Assembly: GCA_000002445.1 (NCBI GenBank)
Contig: CM000208.1
Location: 1,984,001 to 2,048,000, forward strand
Origin: Trypanosoma brucei
Lineage: Eukaryota
Direction: 5' to 3'
Length of the DNA stretch: 64,000 nucleotides
In this document: piece after piece, positions 1 to 11,438 of the stretch
Layout of the letters: every line of letters begins with the position of its first letter
Numbering within the stretch: position 1 is the first letter of the stretch
Position numbers and translations under genes: made by a program
The notes under the pieces: generated by a model
Databases searched by the model: none
What the model saw: the letters and a program-made list of their open reading frames with translations, nothing else
Told to the model about the DNA's origin: nothing

Positions 1-1722
1 TTCCCACTGAGCAATGCACGCATATGCCACTTTTTGTGCCTGAGCTCCGCTTTCCTCAAAACGATCGATTACACTCTCAAGTAATAAATCTTAATTAAGA
101 TAAAAGGTAAGAAGTAAAACGGAGAAAAAAAAATAAAGAAAGGAAAATTCATGAAATCCGAGGGGGAAACAACCAAAAATAAATAAATAAATAATCAAAA
201 CAAATAAAACGCATGCGCACGCACTTTAAAATGAAAATATAAGTGAGAGGGAGGGATGATATCACAACAAGATGCATAAAAATATATATGCAGAGATAAG
301 TGAGTAAATAATAAAATAAAGTGAAGTTCCCTCTGCATCAATTACCTTTTTCTTTCTTTCTTTCTCTTTTTTTCTTTTCTTTACTCTTCCGATCGATCAC
401 TTGAATTCGCTAAATCATGACATGCCACATCATATTACGTTATGCTTCATTATTTTTGTGCCATTTGGTACAGGTGCGCATAACTAAAAAGTGACGTATG
501 AAAAACGGTTCCGTCACGGCGGCAGCGGCAAAAAAAAAAAAAATACAATAAAAACAATAACGACAACATCATCACCGTAATTAACATCTTCACCGCTGAC
601 CCACATAAACACATAAACACAAATATATTCATTTTCGCTTTATTTCAGTTATATTTACACATGACTGTGTGAGAGAGAAAAAAAAAAGAATGGCGAAGTT
701 GTGAAAGCAACAACAGACCGCATAACTTGACAGCACTTATGATCGCTACTACCAATCAGAATAACAATAATAGCAACAATATAATATGATGATAAGACAA
801 ACAAATCAAGGAAACCACTGACACGCTGCAAGATGAGAGGAATGGAAATGAATGAGTAGTAAACTAAATGCGGATGAGTTAAAGGAAAATAAGACAACAA
901 TAACAAAATGTATTTGTCCTTTTCCTCCTCCTCCTTTTCACTCTCCGCTTAAATCATCCCTTTTCACCCCTGTTTTCACGCTGCCTTGAAATACCTTCAG
1001 ACAACATTCAAAAAAAAAAAAAAAAGAAATCAAACGATAGAAAAAGAAAAAAAAACGTGAAATAAAGTGAAGCGTTGACAACGGAGTTGGTGTAGAATGA
1101 AACAAACAAATAAATAAATGAGGTGCAGCCACTTGCGATAACTAAAATTATTAAACACAAGGTGCACAAAGAAAAACATGATAATAATAATAAAACACAG
1201 AAGCAAAAACGAACGAACGAACGAACAAACAAATAAAACATTCATAAATATACCAATGGGTATGAGCACTTTCAGCCGTTAGTTTATTTGATATTGATAT
1301 TTAATGGGAAATAACACACACGGCCACATTTGTACATTTACATATTATCTTATTTTCCCTTTGTGTACGACGATGCGTTTTGGAAAAACGGACAGCGCAA
1401 TAATGAGGGAGAGTAAGTAAAAATATATATATATAATAATAATAATAATCAAAAAAGAAAGACACAGAAGCAACGACGCACCAAGAGCGATCACTTTTAA
1501 TTATTTGCTTCTTTTTTTTTTTTGCCTTTCTTCAGTTACTTACTTATACATTCACTGGTGTATGAGGGGAGAAAGATAACATAAAATCAACAGAACGACA
1601 GCAACGAATATAAACATGCAAAAGCATACAAACAAAGTGAAGCAACATGTATTTGCCTGTGGTAATATTGAAAATGATATCATTATGATTGTTTACCATT
1701 TCCTCTCTTTATAATTGTAATT

Positions 1723-1740
1723 ATATATATATATATATAT
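1723..1740. repeat. (TA)9 microsatellite
   Basis: Direct reading: tatatatatatatatatat. Confidence 0.9.
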
Positions 1741-2008
1741 AAACCCGTTTCGTCTTAAAGGAAAAAAAAAGAGGTATGGCTGAAGTCCCTTTTTTCCCTC
1801 ACGTGCACAAACGGCTCTCCCGTAAATTTAAAAGAAATAAATTAAGATAAAATGACTGGATGGAAGACTGACGACACGGCCCACACGGTAGATAGTTACA
1901 AACATAAATATAAATAAAACAAAACGAGAACACCAGACTCCCAAAATGGAATACGACCATACAAATAATAAAAGTAATTATATAAAATAAACGAAAATAT
2001 AGAAAAGC

Positions 2009-2034
2009 ATATATATATATATATATATATATAT
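2009..2034. repeat. (AT)13 microsatellite
   Basis: Direct reading of atatatat... run. Confidence 0.9.
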
Positions 2035-2903
2035 TACATTTGTATATTTATCTTTCTTCTTTTTATAGAAACAAAATATCGAAAAGGAGGGGAAGGGAGG
2101 GGAAATAAAAGGAACATAAAGTAGGACTTAAGAAACGAATGGCAGCATTAAGAATCAAAACGAAACAATAAAAAGAGAAGTGAAAACGGAATTTTAACAA
2201 CTGCGGGCTAATAAAATCTAAAAAAAAGTGTCATATCGGTGGGAATGAGCGAAGCTTTTCCGCACATGTGAAAACAACTAAAATAATAATAGTAATAAAA
2301 GGAATAATAACAAAAGTAATAATCCTGAAACAAACAAAACCAAAGAACGGCCATAACAAAACAAAAAAAACACAGAAAGAGCGTGTGGACACGTATATGT
2401 GAGGGGGCGAAAATAAAATAAAAATAAATTACCCTCCTCTCATCCCTTCACATTTTTTTTCTTTTCCTCACGGGTCGGCCCATGCACTGAGCCGCACTCG
2501 ACTGTTACGGGAAGAAGAGGGGAGTGTGAAACTAGCAGACAGATAATAATAACAAATCAACAACAACAACAGCAATGGGGTTTCCGTGCCGTAGCCCCGT
2601 GCCCATAAATTGTGTGTTTGTGTGCGTGTGTCTGGAACAACGCACAATAAATAACTCCTCGGTGTTGGGCGCGGTGGCGAAACAGTGTACAACAAGGAAT
2701 ATAAATCAACATATAAGCAGATTGACAAAAAAAAAAAAAAGAGCAACGAAAGGAGAGAACCAAGAAGGAAACCGGGCAGCAATGGTGGCGCGGCGGCGGG
2801 GGGGGGGTGATAAAAGCATCCACCTCAATGCGCTTTATTTCCACTTTAAGTCCTTCGCCCTTCTTCCTGGAAAACATCTCTTAAATTCCCTCATTTGCCA
2901 ATA

Positions 2904-3704
2904 TCAACGGACTAACAGATTCCACCGACGCTTGGCTTCCACCAACTTGTTGTGACGTCGCTTGTGTAACGGTTCCATGCCCCCATCCACTTCGTTTGTT
3001 TTATCGTAACCGTACATGCCCTCCCTTACAATAAGGCAGTAGCAAAGCATCATGTCGCCATCATCGGTGGGCACTTCTCTCTGTTCCAACCGGTGCGAGG
3101 AGCGGATGAACTCTGGGACTGTAAGGTTTGTATCGTGACGGCGGCGCTCCACGAAGTCGCGAAGAAGTCCCAAAATAGCTGACAGTGTGTGATCTTCCAG
3201 CTCCCCTCCCACGTAGTCAGCAACCAAGACGCCGTTTTGCTCAAAACCACGGATGGAGTCGGGTGTATTCTCGAAAACAATCGTCGTTGCAACGTCACGG
3301 CCAAGCAGCGAAAGATCCTTTGCTGTGGATCCACCGCGAAACCAATCGCTGCTGCGGTAAATCATGTGGTGCACTGCATTGTGTCTATCAATATGACGGA
3401 CCACCGCCTCCGCGTAGTGCTTCATGCCGGCTGTCCAAAGTACCGTCTCGCAGTTTTCGTCCAGGAACTGCAGCAACTCCTCCAGTCCGGGGCGTACGTA
3501 AAGGGGTCCTTCACGGGCGTACACGAGTGTTTCGTCAAGGTCCAATACAATGGTGGGACGGTCTGCTAGTCGTTTGTCTTTCGGCGCGATGAGAGCTTGA
3601 GTTGCGGACGATTTTGGGCTGCCGCGGCAACCCGCGCACGAGAGGTCGTTGCAGGCGTACTCTTGCCGGAAACTGAGGCCACGCACTCGCTGAACCCGCG
3701 GCAT
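2904..3704 (-). CDS. NIF/FCP1-like HAD-family protein phosphatase (CTD small phosphatase-like)
   Basis: Translation contains DLDETLV (DxDxT HAD motif I) followed by the VLWTAG and IVFENTP blocks typical of NLI-interacting-factor phosphatases. Confidence 0.7.
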   Translation of the reverse strand: MPRVQRVRGLSFRQEYACNDLSCAGCRGSPKSSATQALIAPKDKRLADRPTIVLDLDETLVYAREGPLYVRPGLEELLQFLDENCETVLWTAGMKHYAEAVVRHIDRHNAVHHMIYRSSDWFRGGSTAKDLSLLGRDVATTIVFENTPDSIRGFEQNGVLVADYVGGELEDHTLSAILGLLRDFVERRRHDTNLTVPEFIRSSHRLEQREVPTDDGDMMLCYCLIVREGMYGYDKTNEVDGGMEPLHKRRHNKLVEAKRRWNLLVR

Positions 3705-4000
3705 TTAAGACAAAAATTTAAAATGAAGGAAAAGGAACGCCAGCGACCGGGCCGAAGGAAAAAACAAAATATTTCTTTGGTGTCTTTTCTCTTAGATTGG
3801 CTTCTTCGTATATATAACCTCTATCTAACACTGGTAATTCTGAAGACAGAAATGTGGAAGATATACATAGAGTGGTGGGCGTGCAAAAGCAAACAATGGT
3901 ACATTCTTCCCCCCTCCCACCACCCCTCTATCACAAGCAGCGTTCAGGATTAAGAACACACACGCGCACACACGCAAACACCATGGCTCTGCAACAGCTG

Positions 4001-4011
<11 letters not shown>

Positions 4012-4031
<20 letters not shown>
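4012..4031. repeat. (TG)10 microsatellite preceded by (TA)5
   Basis: Direct reading: tatatatatatgtgtgtgtgtgtgtgtgtgtg. Confidence 0.9.
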
Positions 4032-4303
4032 CCCACTTCCCATTTCACACGTTCGCGCTTCATTACCACACACAAAGCGCGTTACCCCGCTGCACGCACC
4101 CTCCTCTCCATTTGTCGCTCATGAACTGGCTCCAACACAGCAAAAAGGGAATCAGAAACAAATACAAGGAGGATGCAACGTACACCGTAGTAAATCACTT
4201 AGTGCCAGACAGGGGCGTGTTGACACCACCATCTTCAATAGACAATCCCCCTTTCTTGTGCTCACTTCTAATGATCCACATGCCCTCTGCCGCGGGAAGA
4301 AGG

Positions 4304-5791
4304 TTATTTCTCACTTCCATTGACCTGACGCTCCCAATCGGGGGCTTCGCGAGTGCACTTTGGACACTTACAAATGAAGAAGTAATGCTCATACAAAATC
4401 AGCTGGCGCTGTGGGTATGGCAGCGTCTCGTCCACATAGCTTATGTTTAACTCTTCCCCGGGTTCGATGTCTCGAAGGGCTTCAATGGACAATGTTTCGT
4501 CGCCCACAGCAGTGTAGAGAACCTGCAAATTGGGCTCACATGAGTGGTTTAAAAGGCAGCCTATCGTGTAGATCCCCTGCCCACGCGAGCCGCACATCAA
4601 CTGCCGGGCGTCGAAGCCGGCTGCCCGCACCTTCTCCTCGAACGCGTCCATCCTAGCCGCAGCATCGGGGATAACCTTCACTTTGCATTTAAGCTGCTCG
4701 TAATATGAGGGTCGACTGCGCTCTTGCCCGTTCAATAGCATCGCACCAAGGAGCTCCGACCATCGCGTGGGTGTGAAGAAGTGGCGTTCCTCATCTGTGA
4801 AGCGTAGAACTCGGTCCAGAAGCTCGACACCCTTCTCAAGGAATACCCCTGCTGCGTGGCTGTCTTCCGCTGAGTAGCGATGCACGCTGGTACAGCGGGA
4901 TTCTTCCAGTTTTCTCAACCAATGTTGCTGCCACTGCTGCCCACTGTTGTCATCTTCCTCACCTCCACTTTTGCTGCTGCTCTCGCTTCCTCTCTCCGCT
5001 ACAATCCCACCATTTTCCTTTGAAGGGCCCAGCAGGTACGTGAGCCGGAAGTCAGTAAGCGGTAACTTGGCAAGTTGCGATACGGGTTGATAAGCGACAT
5101 CTACTGGTTGCTTGTGGAAGCGTATATTCGTGACAACCATACAAACAAAGCGGAAGCCTAGGAACACAGTATCGGAGTAGTTAAGAGCTCCCAGGTTCCA
5201 ATCGTGAGTAACGAATTCATCATACGCACCCTTCTGCTCCTCTGACATCCTGCCGCGGCAGCCGCACCGGTGGAAACGCGACCACGCCGCTTCCCTGCAC
5301 CGCACCGAGCAGAACACCATCGCACAACCGCTTTCTGAACGCACGCACGGCACCTGCCGGATATCGGCGCAGGATTCACGAAATGGCAGTGCTGAGGTTA
5401 ATGCCTCATCCTTGGTTACTCGAGCCACAGACTGTGCTGGGCTTTCAAGGAAAAGAAGACAGTTTCCACACACGGCTACCTTGCTAAGGTGGTCGTCTAG
5501 GTTCTGCGAACAACAAAGGGCAGTTTCCTCGTGCACAACGTCTCCTTCACGTATTTTTTTTTGAGCAACGAGCCCTTTGCCCTTCACAGAATCTGTCTGA
5601 ATGCGGAAACTTGCGCCCTCCGTCACGGGCGCATAGAAGGATTCACAATAATTCCAATGTGGTGAGGGGAGAACCATACCAACAAACCCAGCCGACGCCT
5701 GGAACGGTGCCGATCTTATCGGCAGCAGAGCAGCTATCCGAAAGAAGATTCTATCCGCGCACCACGGATGTCCAGTGAACCACACCACCAC
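4304..5791 (-). CDS. SET + MYND zinc-finger domain protein (SMYD-like putative lysine methyltransferase)
   Basis: C-terminal SET signature GCLLNHSCEPNLQV ... ELNISY. Cys-rich MYND-like finger in the N-terminal half (CGNC...C..C...CSVRC). The true start may be an internal Met. Confidence 0.65.
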   Translation of the reverse strand: MVVWFTGHPWCADRIFFRIAALLPIRSAPFQASAGFVGMVLPSPHWNYCESFYAPVTEGASFRIQTDSVKGKGLVAQKKIREGDVVHEETALCCSQNLDDHLSKVAVCGNCLLFLESPAQSVARVTKDEALTSALPFRESCADIRQVPCVRSESGCAMVFCSVRCREAAWSRFHRCGCRGRMSEEQKGAYDEFVTHDWNLGALNYSDTVFLGFRFVCMVVTNIRFHKQPVDVAYQPVSQLAKLPLTDFRLTYLLGPSKENGGIVAERGSESSSKSGGEEDDNSGQQWQQHWLRKLEESRCTSVHRYSAEDSHAAGVFLEKGVELLDRVLRFTDEERHFFTPTRWSELLGAMLLNGQERSRPSYYEQLKCKVKVIPDAAARMDAFEEKVRAAGFDARQLMCGSRGQGIYTIGCLLNHSCEPNLQVLYTAVGDETLSIEALRDIEPGEELNISYVDETLPYPQRQLILYEHYFFICKCPKCTREAPDWERQVNGSEK

Positions 5792-6242
5792 CCACCACCA
5801 CGGCCAAACGAAAAAAAAAGGTCGCTAACGAGACTTACGATCGAGGGACGAAGTGAGGGAAAAGAGAAACCGTGAAAAAAGTAACAGGAGCGAGAGATGA
5901 CAGGCAGCTACAGACACTCAGACAACCGTGCTCGCACGACACCCACACGCATTAAAAGCAGAAGGAGGAGGGCAACTGCCCCCCCCCCCCCACAGGTCTC
6001 GTCTTTCGTTTGTCGTCACAAAGCATTTGCCTGTCCAACATGGGAGCAGCGAAACAAACAAGATATGCAATTTGAAGTAAATTAACAGAAAAAAAAAGAA
6101 GGAAAGGAATAATAAAGCAAAAATAAGACACTAAAAGTTGAGTCGTGTTAGCGTTTGGGTAAATACGTATAAGCTAAGGTGGATGGGTGAAGGGAGGCAA
6201 TGTGGGAAAACTAATAGGGAGCGAAATGGTAAGGAACTCCCC

Positions 6243-7721
6243 CTACTCCAGAAGGGCAGCGAAATTATAGTCTAACACAACGAAGTGGTTGTGGTCGCGC
6301 AACAGATAATGCCGGCAGCCCATTTCCTTCAGTCTACTTGCTATACGATTGAAACTCAACAACTCTTCCTCGTTACGGAAACCATAATAAGCTGCGTAGC
6401 CACTCCGCTCATCCTCTCCCTCTGAATAGCAGGAATCGGCGACAGAAGGCGACTCCCCTAGGCCGTCACGCAGAAGCTGGCCCCATGGCACTTCACTCGT
6501 AAAGAGGAGCTTCACATTAAATTGATATAGCTCATCTACGAGAATAACAAACTGCTGCGCTGCGTTCCTATTTAACCTGCTGATCTGCGGTATGTTTGTA
6601 ATTATAACCGTGTGGAAAGTTTTGGCAAGGCACTGGAAGTCGGGGGGTCCGAGCGCACCACAAATATCCCTGAAATCGAACAAAGCAATCCCGCCGCAGT
6701 GGTACGGGACAACGAGCTCCCGTCCGTAAAGCCATATGGTTGCCCCCTTTACCCACGTGCGACTACCCGAGATGCCACGCTCTACACGGCGGACGAGTTG
6801 TGCCGCTGCCTCGATCGTGTTGGGGTGGAGGAAAATGGCATCGTGGTGGCCGGTAGACGCGTTCTCGCGGTAGTCTCGGATGTTTTCACAGTGAACAATG
6901 TCGCAGTAGTACCACAGCAACGGCACACACCTCGCAAAAGAATCGGAGATGGAGGTAAGGTCCTGCGGTGGACGGTTGCTTGTTGCGAACAGTATCAGGC
7001 CCCGTGGCAGCGCGATGGAGAAGAAACCAGCTAGTAGTGATGCATGCGTGACGTCGATGGTCTGAAACTCATCCAAACACAGAATTGGTGATTCCTGAAG
7101 AATGTCATTCACCACTGTGTCCATTGGCCGCAGACGATGGTCTCGTAACTCCGTCTCCGCTTTCTGAAGTCGCTTGACCAAATCACACATGAACGAATGG
7201 AGGTGCACACGCCTCTTGCTAACGTGCGGAATTTCTGAGAGTTCGAAAAGATCCATAACAAGCGTCTTACCTATACCAACGTCCCCCCACAGGTAGAGCC
7301 CCGTCCTCTTATCAACACCAAGATTCTCCGGCCAGTGGACTTTTATGTCCCGCGTAACAGTGTCGGGGGATGCACGCCGGAGGAAGTGCGACCCCGCGTG
7401 CCAAAGCGATTGCGCCAACGCTCTGCATGTTTCCAGACGGGCATAACTACTAGTAATTCCACTGTAGCCACCAGAGTTGGCAAACGTGCCCTTACCACCC
7501 GACCCTTTCGCGAGCGGGGGTTCCGCTCCTTTTTTCCCTGAAGAACTCTCACGCACCTTTATCGAATTCGCCAGTTTCGTACAGGCCTGTACCATCAGCC
7601 TCTGTCCGGGCTCTTCCCTTAGCACACCCTTCTGCACCAAACAATTGTACATTTCCTCCACAGTCCTCCTGTCCGAAACGTGAGCTCGCCACATATTGCG
7701 GGTACACAACGAAGCTCTCAT
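6243..7721 (-). CDS. AFG1-like (LACE1 family) P-loop ATPase, probably mitochondrial
   Basis: Walker A block GLYLWGDVGIGKTLVMDLF closely matches the AFG1/LACE1 consensus (GLYLYGDVGxGKT). R/S-rich N-terminus. Confidence 0.7.
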   Translation of the reverse strand: MRASLCTRNMWRAHVSDRRTVEEMYNCLVQKGVLREEPGQRLMVQACTKLANSIKVRESSSGKKGAEPPLAKGSGGKGTFANSGGYSGITSSYARLETCRALAQSLWHAGSHFLRRASPDTVTRDIKVHWPENLGVDKRTGLYLWGDVGIGKTLVMDLFELSEIPHVSKRRVHLHSFMCDLVKRLQKAETELRDHRLRPMDTVVNDILQESPILCLDEFQTIDVTHASLLAGFFSIALPRGLILFATSNRPPQDLTSISDSFARCVPLLWYYCDIVHCENIRDYRENASTGHHDAIFLHPNTIEAAAQLVRRVERGISGSRTWVKGATIWLYGRELVVPYHCGGIALFDFRDICGALGPPDFQCLAKTFHTVIITNIPQISRLNRNAAQQFVILVDELYQFNVKLLFTSEVPWGQLLRDGLGESPSVADSCYSEGEDERSGYAAYYGFRNEEELLSFNRIASRLKEMGCRHYLLRDHNHFVVLDYNFAALLE

Positions 7722-8013
7722 AACTGCCTACTCACTGCCAAAATAGACCAACCGCCACGTACGTACAGAAAGGGAAAAGATGGACAAAGGACAGAGACGC
7801 AAGACCTAGCAACAATGATGCGCATGTATAGTCACGCACGCAAAGAGAGAGAAATACATATTTATGATCGTAGTCGTCAACTCAGCTAGTGCACAGCGCT
7901 CTCACCAAGAAGTCAGATCTGTACCCGCACCGTAAGAAACATCCTCCTCCTTCCGTGAGAGCACTAAGAGGCACCGGAATGTGAAAACCCTTAGGGGAGG
8001 AAAGGAATCGACC

Positions 8014-10236
8014 CTACGCATCCTCAAGTACAAGCCGGCGGAGGGTCTCGAGTTTTTCCACGTCGTCATCGCTCAGTGAGTGTTTTCCGCTGATGGCGCC
8101 TGTTATTATTTGGTTGCACTCTTTGAGGAGTTCCGCCACACCCATCGCCTCAGCCGCAAGGCACGTCACCGCACCTCCCACCGCACGCCCAGGGAGGTCG
8201 ACGTGCACGTGAAAGCGGGAGTGGATAAGAAGGCTACACAGAAGCGCGAAGAGCGCGCCGCTACGTGCCGTGTCAGTAGTGAAGGTGTCTTCTTCCACAC
8301 GTTTCTTCACTTCTTGCTTCATTGAAGCGAGCGTCTCACGCTCAACCTTCTTATTCAGTTGATGGAAGCCGGATACTGCGATTTGGGCGGTACAGCTCAT
8401 GTCACGCAGAAGCTTTGTGAAAGTCTCCACAGATTTACCCATTGCCGCATCAACGAGCGGGGAGAGGCTTTGACGCTGCTGTTCTGGAAGAGCCTTCAGG
8501 GCTTTTTGAAGCAAAGCAGCAGTAGGAGGTTGTTGTTTCTGCTGGTCTTCTTTCACCATTAATGCCTCACACACACACTCATACACACCTGCGCTGTCAA
8601 GACCTTCATTCAGCAGAATGTCGCGTAGGAGCGCAAAGGCACGGTCGGTGAGAAGGTGGCGGTTGAGGGCTACACAGGACGTCTCGTCAAATTTTGTCGT
8701 TGCCCACAAAACACCCTTCTCAGCAATCACCATGCCACACCATGCGGTGCCAAGCGACGACTGAAGGTTTGTACGCATCCTTTTCCAGTCCACGGAAACG
8801 TGCTGCTCAGCCGCTGCGGCGAGCTCGCTGTATACCTCCTGCGCTACTACTTTCCACTCTGAGGTCAACTCTGCGAGCACATCCTGGTATTGTTCTAGGG
8901 GCAGACCCGTGACATCCGCTACCGCTCGCAACAGTATCTCTTCCTCCTCCTCACCAAACTCACGACTAACCTTCGATTTCCTCCCCTTTGCCCCACTTTC
9001 CCTTATTTGCAAGTCGTAAGAAGATTCCAGCCGTTTTTTCACCGTGGGTAGCACAGACTCATGAAGCAGCACGCCGCAGTCTAGTAGAGTGCACGACGTA
9101 ACAATAGGATGCAACTCGCGTAACCGCCGCAAAAGAATATCGGAGTCCTTTTCGAAGTCTACAGAAAGTGGAAGGTGGGTTGACAGGTCCACAACCAAGG
9201 CGTCGCCGTGTGCTAAGTCTTCAAGGACAACCAAGTTTGCCAGAAACCTGTCGGAAAGAAAGCATGCGGAAAGCGCATGCCCCGCATTTGGGTACTTTTC
9301 ACTGCGTGCAACCGAAGGCGATTCCGTATTGGCCGTGGACGCAGCCTGGACACGGCGGGTCCGCCTTTTCGGAGCGTCACCTTGTGCTGTAGCCTCCATA
9401 ACGGGGTTATATTTTGTCGAAAGGAATTCCCTCGCCTGCGTGATGCCTTTCCTATGCAGCAAGGCGTACTCAATGAAACCATTCGAGAGGTAAACGTTTT
9501 CCACCTCATTTGCACGGTCTTGTTCGAAGTAAGTTGGGATGTAAACCCGTCCTTCAATTTTTCCGGGTAGGTCATTCCTCACGGCCTCGATGAGGACATC
9601 CACTAACGGGGCAAAGAGGTTGTGTCGCTCGAAGAAGGTCGTCAAGTTGACGGGCTCCGTAGCAGCCAGTAATCCCGCGCGGAGCACGACCTTTTGCGCT
9701 CCAACAAATTGTTTTGTGTGCAGGGCGCCCCCCTGAAGAACGGCGCGTAGCCGTCCCGACTCAACCGCACCAGTTAAAAGGTTTTGGGCGAACAGGGATG
9801 TGAAGCGGTGTATCCTTGCGAACTCTGAAACAGCGACAAACCCCTTTTCCTTCAGGACATCTTGCGCTGCAGAGACGGTCGAGTCCAGGTATTCATCTGT
9901 CATGAGTTCCGCAGCCTCGAGACGTATATTAGGTTCTTCAAGCACCTCCGGTAGCACGCGCTCAATGTGTATCATGTGCACAGTTAAAAGACCAGGGAGA
10001 TCGGTTACATTCATGCGCCCGCCATTGGCGTGTACCTCATCAATGACTTCACGTCGCAACTGATCCCACGTCAGGTATTCCTTACCGTCAACAGTGAACA
10101 ACAGGTCGACAAACTTTTTTCGCTGCAGCACATTAACAATCTCCACCACATTGCGCTCGGTGATCTGGTTAGGAATATCCTGCCGCTGGATTGCCTGAAA
10201 TTTGCGTATCAGTTCACTCAGCTCCAACTCACTCAT
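8014..10236 (-). CDS. UFL1: E3 UFM1-protein ligase 1 homologue
   Basis: The N-terminal 100 aa align by eye with human UFL1. ERNVVEIVNVL / LFTVDGKEYLTWDQLRREV / HANGGRMNVTDL matches SERNCIEIVNKL / LDGKEYITPAQISKEM / HVRGGRVNIVDL. Confidence 0.65.
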   Translation of the reverse strand: MSELELSELIRKFQAIQRQDIPNQITERNVVEIVNVLQRKKFVDLLFTVDGKEYLTWDQLRREVIDEVHANGGRMNVTDLPGLLTVHMIHIERVLPEVLEEPNIRLEAAELMTDEYLDSTVSAAQDVLKEKGFVAVSEFARIHRFTSLFAQNLLTGAVESGRLRAVLQGGALHTKQFVGAQKVVLRAGLLAATEPVNLTTFFERHNLFAPLVDVLIEAVRNDLPGKIEGRVYIPTYFEQDRANEVENVYLSNGFIEYALLHRKGITQAREFLSTKYNPVMEATAQGDAPKRRTRRVQAASTANTESPSVARSEKYPNAGHALSACFLSDRFLANLVVLEDLAHGDALVVDLSTHLPLSVDFEKDSDILLRRLRELHPIVTSCTLLDCGVLLHESVLPTVKKRLESSYDLQIRESGAKGRKSKVSREFGEEEEEILLRAVADVTGLPLEQYQDVLAELTSEWKVVAQEVYSELAAAAEQHVSVDWKRMRTNLQSSLGTAWCGMVIAEKGVLWATTKFDETSCVALNRHLLTDRAFALLRDILLNEGLDSAGVYECVCEALMVKEDQQKQQPPTAALLQKALKALPEQQRQSLSPLVDAAMGKSVETFTKLLRDMSCTAQIAVSGFHQLNKKVERETLASMKQEVKKRVEEDTFTTDTARSGALFALLCSLLIHSRFHVHVDLPGRAVGGAVTCLAAEAMGVAELLKECNQIITGAISGKHSLSDDDVEKLETLRRLVLEDA

Positions 10237-10494
10237 TTCTTCCTAAGGATATCGAGGGAAGTGTGTTGAGGTTGGGGCAAAGTAAATAAATTACAGGAAT
10301 AAACAGGAGAAAGACCAACCGCCATAAGAGACGGTACAACAATGCACCTGTGCGTGCTTGTGTCTTCAGGGCTGTCGCAAGTGACTTTTCGTTTTCGTCT
10401 GCGCTAGTAAGAGAAAGCTCATGCGTGAGAGACGGGGGAGGGTAACGCTCTTGCCGTTTAGCACAAGGAGTATAATCATCTCATTAGAGAAATG

Positions 10495-10965
10495 CTATTT
10501 TGTACACGAAAGCACATGTGTGCCACGGGAGAAGACTTTGCGCCGCCTTTCATCCTGGAAAGAATACTCCACGTGGTGTATATCACTTTCACCATCGCCA
10601 ACAATGCGAGTTATGCACGTGCACTCCGCATTCTCCGGGATGGCTTCAAGATAATTGATCTCAAAGCTGACAGAACGGAACTCTGCTGCGGGTCTCGCAG
10701 CACCCAGATGAATCTGCGTGAAAGTGTCAGCTAAAATGGCTAAAGCACCCCCGTGTGTGGAGCGGAACCCATTCAGTGCCCGTTGGTTCGCCCTCCATGA
10801 GAAACCCATTGACTCGCCATCACAAGCCTTAACACCTGTAGGTGTAAACTGCACCGTCCGCATAACGTTGGAACAGAAACCATCTGAACTGTTAATGAGT
10901 TCTGCTGCCCGCTTCTGTGCTTGGGAGACGGTCACAGTGCCCACCCTACAAAATCCGCGCTGCAT
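10495..10965 (-). CDS. Thioesterase-superfamily (hotdog fold, PaaI/THEM2-like) protein
   Basis: Motif NGFRSTHGGALAILADTFTQIHLGAA is the canonical N..G..HGG....L.D core of 4HBT/PaaI thioesterases. Confidence 0.55.
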   Translation of the reverse strand: MQRGFCRVGTVTVSQAQKRAAELINSSDGFCSNVMRTVQFTPTGVKACDGESMGFSWRANQRALNGFRSTHGGALAILADTFTQIHLGAARPAAEFRSVSFEINYLEAIPENAECTCITRIVGDGESDIHHVEYSFQDERRRKVFSRGTHVLSCTK

Positions 10966-11347
10966 CTTACGAACTCTCCGTTACCCTCTTACGCCCCCAG
11001 AGTTGTGGAGGCAAACACTCCTTTGTGCCGACCCTTTTCCACCCGCTCAGCGGAAGTGAAACCTTACAGATAGGGTCACAGGAAACCCACCTAAATGATG
11101 ACAAACTACCACAGGAATAAAGCAAGCCAGTGAAGGTGAAGAAAAGTGATCTTGTGTTCAGAGGGGGAAAAGAAGGTACGCGCGCAAAGGTGGGACGAAC
11201 GGGTGCACTCACAAAGGAAGCAGAAGAAGTGCAAACAAGCGAAACCAAACCCACGACAGGTTGGAGTGCCGACGACTGGGATCAAATACCCTCCGGGGAG
11301 TCACCTTTACCATCGCAAATTCGTCTCTCACCTCCCGATGCAACGAA

Positions 11348-11367
11348 AACAACAACAACAACAACAA
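11348..11367. repeat. (AAC)6 trinucleotide repeat in an intergenic region
   Basis: Direct reading. Confidence 0.85.
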
Positions 11368-11438
11368 AGCCCCTCTCCCCACAAAATCCATTAAGGTGAC
11401 CTCCTCCTGTTATCACTCACGTTACCGATTGGAACTTG

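Larger units (their letters stand above)
1..2900. other. A-rich low-complexity non-coding region on the plus strand (T-rich in the minus-strand sense), likely the extended 3' UTR or intergenic region downstream of the first minus-strand gene's neighbour
   Basis: No ORF of protein-like composition. All tracked ORFs translate to K/N/F/L-rich junk. Contains (AT)n, (GAAC)4, poly-A and a G12 run. Confidence 0.6.

Noticed and set aside
450-2877. Multiple 60-106-aa ORFs in the first 2.9 kb
   Set aside because: Translations are F/L/K/N/C-rich junk derived from A/T-rich low-complexity DNA. No gene-like composition.
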